In this document: positions 54,525-64,000 of the stretch, one piece after another | Numbering within the stretch: position 1 is the first letter of the stretch | Layout of the letters: each line of letters begins with the position of its first letter | Assembly: GCA_964016885.1 (NCBI GenBank) | Contig: OZ024751.1 | Span: forward strand, 46,438,001 to 46,502,000 | DNA: 64,000 nt | Origin: Eledone cirrhosa | Taxonomy: Eukaryota | Reading direction: 5' to 3' | Program-made: the position numbers and the translations under genes | The notes under the pieces: model-generated | Told to the model about the DNA's origin: nothing | Seen by the model: the letters and a program-made list of their open reading frames with translations, nothing else | Database searches by the model: none

Positions 54525-54809
54525 CGTACCAGATGTCAGAGTGTCAAGTGTGGTCTGACGTCGCACCAGATATCAAAGCGTTAAGTGTGGTCTGATGTCG
54601 TACCAGATGTCAGTGCATTAAGTGTGGTCTGACGTCGTACCAGATGTCAGAGTATCGAGCGTGATCTGACGTCGCACCAGATGTCAGAGCGTTAAGTGTT
54701 GTCTAACGTCGTACCAGATGTCAGAGCGTTAAGTGTTGTCTGCCGTCGTACCAGATGTCAGAGTGTCGAGTGTGGTCTGCCGTCGTACCAGATGTCAGAG
54801 TGTCGAGTG
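54525..54809. repeat. 37-bp minisatellite, about 7.7 copies
   Basis: Unit cgtaccagatgtcagagtgtcaagtgtggtctgacgt; contiguous, no spacers. Confidence 0.92.
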
Positions 54810-54857
54810 TATACATATATACATACATACATATATATATACATATATATATATACA

Positions 54858-54898
<41 letters not shown>

Positions 54899-55045
54899 GC
54901 ATATATATATATATACACATGCATATATATATATATACACATGCATATATAAATATATACACATGCATATATATATATATACACATATATATACATATAC
55001 ATATACACACGTATGCACATACACACACATATATATATACATAAG

Positions 55046-55108
<63 letters not shown>

Positions 55109-55449
55109 GTATATATACATAAGCACCCACACATATATAACTTTAAAAGGAATCTCTATGAAGTCATTCGCCCTGCTAGAAATAGCACCTAAATGTCACT
55201 CAAATCACACGCACTTCTCTTCAAACACCGAGGGAAACACAGTAGATAATGTAGAGCCAGAGAATCCCACTGAAAAGACGTGTTGGTCATGGTTGGGATG
55301 ATTTGATCCTGTATATGTAATAGACCAGGGTTGACTGCTAACTAAACAACAAAGACCAACAAACGTTGTAAAAACTCTCTCTCTTCCTACCTAGAGAGAG
55401 AGAGAGAGGGGAGAGAGAGGGGGGGAGGAAAAAAGATAGATAGATAGAT

Positions 55450-55497
<48 letters not shown>

Positions 55498-55982
55498 AGA
55501 GCTAGTGAGGTGGTGAGATAGATACATAGACAAATAAATAGACAGAGAGACAGACCGATAGATAGATACATAGATAGATAGATAGACAGAAAGATAGATA
55601 CATACATAGATAGATAGACAGAAAGATAGATAAATAGATAGACCGATAGATGGATAGATATATAGACAGATAGATTGGTAGGTATGTATGGAGGTAGATA
55701 GCTAGGTATAGGGGCGGGATGTGTGGCTGTGAAAGACGATCTATTATAATATATTATAGGAAGTTCTGCAAATATTCGTTCGACTTGCTAGAAATAGCAG
55801 CCAAATCCTTTCCGAATCACAGCTTACCATCTTAACCATGGTGGATCACATTGCTAAATGTGGTCCTGGATATATTTTCTGACCAACAAGACCAGACGGT
55901 CACGGTTGGAACGCCTTTTATCATAGATCAGTGCAATGTTGTTGGTAGTGGAGGTGTTATTTACGTTTAAATCCTCTTATTC

Positions 55983-56083
<101 letters not shown>

Positions 56084-56236
56084 AGTAGTAACACAACAGT
56101 TAGTTCACCATACCGAGAACAATTGTTTCAGCATATGCGGATCTTTAGCTCTGACTATATATATATATATATAATATATATATATATATAATATATATAT
56201 ATATATATAATATATAAATATATATATATATATAAT

Positions 56237-56335
<99 letters not shown>

Positions 56336-56401
56336 TATATAATATATATATATATATATAATATATATATATAATATATATATATAATATATATATATAA
56401 T

Positions 56402-56476
<75 letters not shown>

Positions 56477-56484
56477 ATATATAT

Positions 56485-56571
<87 letters not shown>

Positions 56572-56738
56572 GACTATGGCCATCCTGGGGCACCGCTTTA
56601 CTTTAGTCAATCATATCGACACCAGAACTTATTTTTCAAGTCTGATATTTATTTTATCGATCTTCTGTCGAACCGCCATGTTACAGGACACATACAATGA
56701 CAGGCCCAAACGTAAACACACACACGTATAGTATATAT

Positions 56739-56772
<34 letters not shown>

Positions 56773-56773
<1 letters not shown>

Positions 56774-57048
56774 CAGGGGCCTCGTTTGCCTTAAAAATGT
56801 AAGGGGGACAAACCAATATTTGTTGATTCTTAAAGGAGCATAAATTGCTTAAGGGGCCTTTCCAGGACACAATAACATAAATAACATTTTACGCTAATTA
56901 AATTTTATATATTCAAATGAAGTTCAGATATAAAAAATTAAGCTTAAAAGAATTTCTTATATCAAATAAACAAAAAATAAAATCTAGACGTTTGAAAAAG
57001 TGGCGGTGTGACTTGTCCACTGGTACCTCCCTAAAATAAGGCCCTTGT
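56773..57048. mobile_element. MITE inserted in (TA)n
   Basis: Imperfect TIRs tacaggggcctcgttt and aaaataaggcccttgta. Confidence 0.5.
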
Positions 57049-57077
57049 ATATATATATATATATATATATACATACA

Positions 57078-57225
57078 TGACGGGCTTCTGCAGATTCTCT
57101 CTACCAAATCCCCTTTAGAAGGCATTGGGTCCCTGAGGTTATAGTAGAAGACACTTCCCCAAAGTGCCACGCAGTGAGACTGAACCCCGAACCAACTTGT
57201 TGCAAAGCGAACTCCTTAACCAGAC
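57078..57225 (-). mobile_element. tRNA-derived CORE-like SINE (family C), diverged
   Basis: gaagacacttccccaaagtgccacgcagtgagactgaaccc; related copies near 21080-21230, 57430-57565 and 63660-63810. Confidence 0.6.
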
Positions 57226-58469
57226 AGGTCGCTCGACCCACTAGAAATAGCAGTCATATGTCTTTCAATTTACATTCTACCGCCTTCAAAAACGTTAAAA
57301 AATGTAGCACATATTGGATAGTATGAATAAATGATGTAGTGGTCATTGTTAGAACGCCTTTGATCATAGGACTCCTATGACATTGGTGACCATGGGCTGC
57401 ATAACATCTACGGGTGATGTCAGACAAAGAAGTTCAATTCTTTGGTTTCAAGTTCGATCCCAAAGCGCGGCATACTGAGAAAGTTTGTTCTACCATAAAC
57501 GCAAACCAGCCAACCGATGCATTGTGAATGAAATTTGGTAGATGGAAACTGTATGTAAGCCCATCGGAAGGACCATTGGTGTAATTAGGTTGTAGAATTT
57601 AAATTTAGTACCACTACTACCACCACCCCACCACCATCACCACCACCACCAATCACCCATCACTATCATCACTATCATCACCACCACCAGTAACAGCGTC
57701 GCCGCCGCCACCACCTGATCCCTGGGAGATTTTTTTTTTTTTTTTTAAAGCGGGGGTCGCAAGTGTTTGGAGTGGGTCTCCGGTATAAGGATAGCTTCTA
57801 CACTTCCTCCCACAAGCCCCAGGGACACAGAAAAGGGTCATGGGGCGATAACACGGGCCTTTCGTTCTTTGAACAAGGCTAAGAAGAAGAACAGCAACAA
57901 CAACAACAACAACAACAACAAGAAGATTAGCATTAAAGACCTACCTTTTTTGGGGGGGGGGGGGGACCCGAAATCAACATCAACATCAACATTGTGATCA
58001 GCATGAACAACAAGTAGAAGAAGGAGAAGAAGCGTTCGTCTGAAGCTTGTGTGTCGAGCAAGTCAGAATGTAGAAATAAGGTGTGACTGCGACTGTGTGA
58101 AGTGTGTGGAGAGAGGGAGAGACGGTGGTAGGTGGTGGTAGGAGGTAATGACTACTGGCTAAACTGTGGGAGGGGTGGTGGGAGTTAGTGACTAGATAGG
58201 TAGGTAGGTAGGGAGAGAGAGAGGGAGATAGAGAGGGGGGAGAGGGAGTTGAGGTGGTGGTTGGAGAGGGAAAATTGAATGTATTGATGGTGGGAGGTGG
58301 GAGTAGCTGGAGGACTGAGAGGTAAGATGTATGCGGTGGTGGTGTTGGTGGTGGTGATGGTGGTGGTGATGGTTGTAGTGGTAGTAGTGATATTTGGAGG
58401 AGATGTGGTAAGAGGTGAGGAGCCGTGAGTGAGAAACAGAGGGAGATAGATAGATAGATAGAGGGAGAG

Positions 58470-58520
<51 letters not shown>

Positions 58521-58548
58521 ACCCAGGGGTAAGAAAGAAGGGAGAGCG

Positions 58549-58701
58549 CAGGGCCGTATTGTCCAGGACCCTCGCCCTTTCAGTTATGTTGTGGCCTCAC
58601 CTGGCACTTCAAACTTTGACTCCGCTATAAGCAACGGGTACCTAGACCCTACGGTTGGGGTGTGGTGTGGCTAGCCAATCCTATGAATAAATACGTCCCT
58701 G
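58549..58701. mobile_element. 153-bp non-autonomous hAT element
   Basis: TIRs cagggccgtatt / aatacgtccctg; 8-bp TSD ggagagcg / ggaaagcg. Confidence 0.65.
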
Positions 58702-59586
58702 GGAAAGCGTATAGGTAGACGACGAGACAGAGAGGGGGAGAGAGGAAGAGAGGAAATTGGAGAGGGGGAGAAAGTGGAGAGAGGGAGAGGGGAGAGAGAG
58801 AGGAGAGGAAGAGAGAGTGTAGAGTGGAGCAAGAAAGGGAGAGGAATGTGTGGAGAGAGGGAGGGAGAGAACGAGGTGACAGAGAGTAAGAGAGTAAAGT
58901 AGAGAAAGGTGGAGAGAGGTAGATAGAGTGGAGAGAAAGAGGAGAGAAAGAGGAGAGAGAGAGAGAGAGTAAGGGAGTGAGAGAGGAGAGAGAGGAGGAA
59001 AGAAGGCGAAGGGAGAAGGAATGTAAGAGAGAAATGAGAGGATGGGTAGGGGAGGGGAAGAGGAGGTTACACTGAAATAACTGGTGTGACTAACAGTGGG
59101 AGGGGAATAGTGTGACAGAAAAAGGCAATCATGAGGGAGAGAGAGGGGGAGAGACAGAGAGAGATAGAGGGGAGAAAGAGAGAGGGGGGAGGGGGTATGA
59201 GTTAGATTAAAAAATAGAGATCGCAATTATGTGTATGTATGTATGTATGTATGTATTCATATATGTATGTAATATGTGTGTATGTATGCAATATGTATGT
59301 ATGTAATATGTATGTATATATGTATGCAATATGTATGTATATATGCAATATGTATGTATATATGTAATATGTATGTATATATCTAATATGCAATATGTAT
59401 GTATGTAATATGTATGTATATATGTATGTAATATGTATGTATATATGTATGTATATATGTATGCAATATGTATGTATATATGCAATATGTATGTATATAT
59501 GTATGCATGTATGTAATATGTATGTATGTATGTGTACATGTGTGTGCACACTTGCAAACACCTATATGCATACACATAAACACCAT

Positions 59587-59664
<78 letters not shown>

Positions 59665-59784
59665 TACATTTGTATGAAACAATATAACAACAATAGTAAC
59701 ATAGAGACTAACGTTGTTTCTAAATTATTAAACAGGAGATAAGAGTAAAACACTTCATTTCACATTGCTCCAGTACACTGAAGA

Positions 59785-62283
59785 TAAGTACCAGCAACAT
59801 CTGGGGGTTTAACCCTGTGATGGACTGGTGTTCTGTCCAGGAGGGAGCCATGTTGTACTGTCAGTTGCTTAAAGCCACAGAACCCAGAATAAGTACCAGC
59901 AATATCTGGGGGTTTAACCCTGTGATGGACTGGTGTTCTGTCCAGGAGGGAGCCATGTTGTACTGTCAGTTGCTTAAAGCCACAGAACCCAGAATAAGTA
60001 CCAGCAATATCTGGGGGTTTAACCCTGTGATGGACTGGTGTTCTGTCCAGGAGGGAGCCATGTTGTACTGTCAGTTGCTTAAAGCCACAGAACCCAGAAT
60101 AAGTACCAGCAATATCTGGGGGTTTAACCCTGTGATGGACTGGTGTTCTGTCCAGGAGGAAGTCGTGTACTGTCAGTTGCTTAAAGCCACAGAACCCAGA
60201 ATAAGTACCAGCAATATCTGGGGGTTTAACCCTGTGATGGACTGGTGTTCTGTCCAGGAGGGAGCCATGTTGTACTGTCAGTTGCTTAAAGCCACAGAAC
60301 CCAGAATAAGTACCAGCAATATCTGGGGGTTTAACCCTGTGATGGACTGGTGTTCTGTCCAGGAGGGAGTCTTGTGCTGTCAGTTGCTTAAAGCCACAGA
60401 ACCCAGAATAAGTACCAGCAATATCTGGAGGTTTAACCCTGTGATGGACTGGTGTTCTGTCCAGGAGGGAGCCATGTTGTACTGTCAGTTGCTTAAAGCC
60501 ACAGAACCCAGAATAAGTACCAGCAATATCTGGGGGTTTAACCCTGTGATGGACTGGTGTTCTGTCCAGGAGGGAGCCATGTTGTACTGTCAGTTGCTTA
60601 AAGGCACAGAACCCAGAATAAGTACCAGCAATATCTGGGGGTTTAACCCTGTGATGGACTGGTGTTCTGTCCAGGAGGAAGTCGTGTACTGTCAGTTGCT
60701 TAAAGGCACAGAACCCAGAATAAGTACCAGCAATATCTGGGGGTTTAACCCTGTGATGGACTGGTGTTCTGTCCAGGAGAGAGACATGTTGTACTGTCAG
60801 TTGCTTAAAGGCACAGAACCCAGAATAAGTACCAGCAATATCTGGGGGTTTAACCCTGTGATGGACTGGTATTCTGTCCAGGAGGGAGTCTTGTGCTGTC
60901 AGTTGCTTAAAGCCACAGAACCCAGAATAAGTACCAGCAATATCTGGAGGTTTAACCCTGTGATGGACTGGTGTTCTGTCCAGGAGGGAGCCATGTTGTA
61001 CTGTCAGTTGCTTAAAGCCACAGAACCCAGAATAAGTACCAGCAATATCTGGGGGTTTAACCCTGTGATGGACTGGTGTTCTGTCCAAGAGGGAGTCTTG
61101 TACTGTCAGTTGCTTAAAGGCACAGAACCCAGAATAAGTACCAGCAATATCTGGGGGTTTAACCCTGTGATGGACTGGTGTTCTGTCCAAGAGGGAGTCT
61201 TGTACTGCCAGTTGCTTAAAGGCACAGAACCCAGAATAAGTACCAGCAATATCTGGGGGTTTAACCCTGTGATGGACTGGTGTTCTGTCCAGGAGGGAGT
61301 CGTGTACTGTCAGTTGCTTAAAGCCACAGAACCCAGAATAAGTACCAGCAATATCTGGGGGTTTAACCCTGTTATGGACTGGTGTTCTGTCCAGGAGGGA
61401 GCCATGTTGTACTGTCAGTTGCTTAAAGCCACAGAACCCAGAATAAGTACCAGCAATATCTGGGGGTTTAACCCTGTGATGGACTGGTGTTCTGTCCAGG
61501 AGGGAGCCATGTTGTACTGTCAGTTGCTTAAAGCCACAGAACCCAGAATAAGTACCAGCAATATCTGGGGGTTTAACCCTGTGATGGACTGGTGTTCTGT
61601 CCAGGAGGGAGCCATGTTGTACTGTCAGTTGCTTAAAGCCACAGAACCCAGAATAAGTACCAGCAATATCTGGGGGTTTAACCCTGTGATGGACTGGTGT
61701 TCTGTCCAAGAGGGAGTCTTGTACTGTCAGTTGCTTAAAGGCACAGAACCCAGAATAAGTACCAGCAATATCTGGGGGTTTAACCCTGTGATGGACTGGT
61801 GTTCTGTCCAAGAGGGAGTCTTGTACTGTCAGTTGCTTAAAGGCACAGAACCCAGAATAAGTACCAGCAATATCTGGGGGTTTAACCCTGTGATGGACTG
61901 GTGTTTTGTCCAGGAGGGAGTCTTGTACTGTCAGTTGCTTAAAGCCACAGAACCCAGAATAAGTACCAGCACTATCTGGGGGTTTAACCCTGTGATGGAC
62001 TGGTTTTCTTTCCAAGAGGGAGTCTTGTACTGTCAGTTGCTTAAATCCACAGAACCCAGAATAAGTACCAGCAATATCTGGGGGTTTAACCCTGTGATGG
62101 ACTGGTGTTCTGTCCAGGAGGGAGCCATGTTGTACTGTCAGTTGCTTAAAGCCACAGAACCCAGAATAAGTACCAGCAATATCTGGGGGTTTAACCCTGT
62201 GATGGACTGGTGTTCTGTCCAGGAGGGAGCCATGTTGTACTGTCAGTTGCTTAAAGCCACAGAACCCAGAATAAGTACCAGCC
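59785..62283. repeat. 105/102-bp tandem satellite, 24 units, derived from family B SINE
   Basis: Unit aligns to 12010-12112; the left flank keeps the preceding SINE sequence aaaacacttcatttcacattgctccagtacact. Confidence 0.92.
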
Positions 62284-62367
62284 TGATGGACCTTCCGGCT
62301 CAAGACAGACTTTAGACTTTAGATGTGAGGAGACAGAAGGAGAGATTTAAGAAGGGGGAAATAAACA

Positions 62368-63373
62368 GATGTCTGTAGTGTATTGACATGTCTGTAGTGT
62401 ATTTTTAGACGTCTGTAGTGTATGAACAGATATCTGTAGTGTATGAACAGATATATGTATTGTATAGACATCTGATTGTACTGTATAAGGCATCTATTTC
62501 TACCTGATGTACTGATGTCTGTACTGTATGGACAGATGCTTGTAGTTTATGGACAGATGTCTGTGCTCTATGTACAGATGTCTGTAGTGTATGGACAGGC
62601 GTCTCTAGTGTATGGACAGATATCTATATTGCATAGACATCTGTTTGTACTATATAGGCATCTATCTGTACTGTATGGAAAGATATCTGTATTGTATGGA
62701 CAGATATCTGTATTGTATGGACATCTATCTGTACTGTATAGACAGATATCTGTATTGTATGGACAGATATCTGTACTGTATGGACAGATATCTGTATTGT
62801 ATGGACAGATATCTATACCGTATGTACAGATGTCTGTACTATATGGACATCTATCTGTACTGTATGGACATCTATCTGTACTGTATGGAAAGATATCTGT
62901 ATCGTATGGACAGATATCTATACCGTATGTACAGATGTCTGTACTATATGGACAGATATCTGTACTGTATGGACATCTATCTGTACTGTATGGAAAGATA
63001 TCTGTATCGTATGTACAGATGTCTGTACTGTATGGACATCTATCTGTACTGTATAGACAGATATCTGTATTGTATGGACAGATATCTGTACTGTATGAAC
63101 AGACGTCTGTACTGTATAGACAGATGTCTGTACCGTATGTACAGATGTCTGTACTGTATGAACAGACGTCTGTACAGTATGGACATCTATCTGTACTGTA
63201 TAGACAGATGTCTGTACTGTATAGACAGATGTCTGTATTGTATGGACAGAGTCTGTAGTGTATCGACAGATGTCTGTAGTGTATGGACAGATGTCTGTAG
63301 TCTATGGAGAGACGTCTGTAGTATATGAACAGATGTCTGTAGTGTATGGAGGAACGTCTGTACAGTATGGACA
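62368..63373. repeat. 21-bp minisatellite, about 48 diverged copies
   Basis: Unit tgtactgtatggacagatatc. Confidence 0.92.
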
Positions 63374-64000
63374 TTGGATGCTAATTGGCAGAATCGGTAG
63401 AGCACCAGATCAAGAACTTTGTGAAATTTGGTTGGTTAACTCTTTTCACACTTTGAATTCAAATTCTATATAAGTTATATAAAATGAGGTCCAAGTGAAA
63501 TCCTGAAGCGTCGAAGTAATCGACTATATCTATGAAGGTTGTGCTCCAGTATGACCAGGACACATATAAAAGAGTAAAACAACACGAGGTGGTATCAGAT
63601 AGTTTCCGGACGAGGCCTAATGGGTTTCATATTTATTATTTATGTCCAGATAAACGTAAGACATGCCTGAGTGATTAAGAAGATCGCATCGCAATCAGTC
63701 CTGCCTTCGATCTTATTGTGTGCCATCTTCGGCAAATGTCTTTATTATAGCCTCGGGTTCATCTAAGCTTTGCCTGTGAAATTGTGTAGACAGAAACTGT
63801 ATGGAAGCCTCCTCGGATCGGATTGATTGTACATGTAATTCAAAGGTTTAGCCTTATCACACACTGTGCCGTGTTGATTCGGCTTGCGAATTAGGTTAAG
63901 AGTACACGTGTCGGTGTAATACTCAACCACTTACAAGGTAATTCATCAATCCTCATTGTTGAAATGACCGGAGGATCAACCCTCACCCGCACAAATACTA

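Noticed and set aside
54525-54809. CRISPR-like array (37-bp repeats); also considered for 12230-12550 and 59785-62283
   Set aside because: Units are contiguous with no unique spacers; eukaryotic context; no cas genes.

Overview
AT-rich, repeat-dominated eukaryotic DNA, most likely a cephalopod (octopus) genome; this is inferred from the SINE/LINE repertoire and dense (TA)n/(CA)n/(GATA)n microsatellites. There is one 200-N gap (6453-6652). Most long ORFs in the track are artefacts of simple or tandem repeats. The one clear host gene is four coding exons of phosphopantothenoylcysteine decarboxylase (PPCDC, + strand, 8264-10535); its first coding exon is not visible. Mobile elements: a decayed Penelope-like (Naiad-type) retroelement (~890-5090, -), a complete hAT/Buster transposon with TIRs and 8-bp TSD (21868-25102), a near-intact Tx1/L1-clade LINE inside a (TCTA)n tract (~46395-52080), fragments of RTE, CR1, CRE and R4-like LINEs, many tRNA-type SINEs, MITEs and minisatellites. 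The most notable unannotated layer is about a dozen type I hammerhead ribozyme motifs in at least five sequence families, on short Penelope-type fragments mostly beside (TA)n. They include an inverted pair, one split by a SINE and one with an apparent U3-A8 core variant. Also notable are apparent (TCTA)n-targeted nesting of the Tx1 family and a 105/102-bp SINE-derived satellite open on both strands. All calls are by eye; no searches or folding were run.
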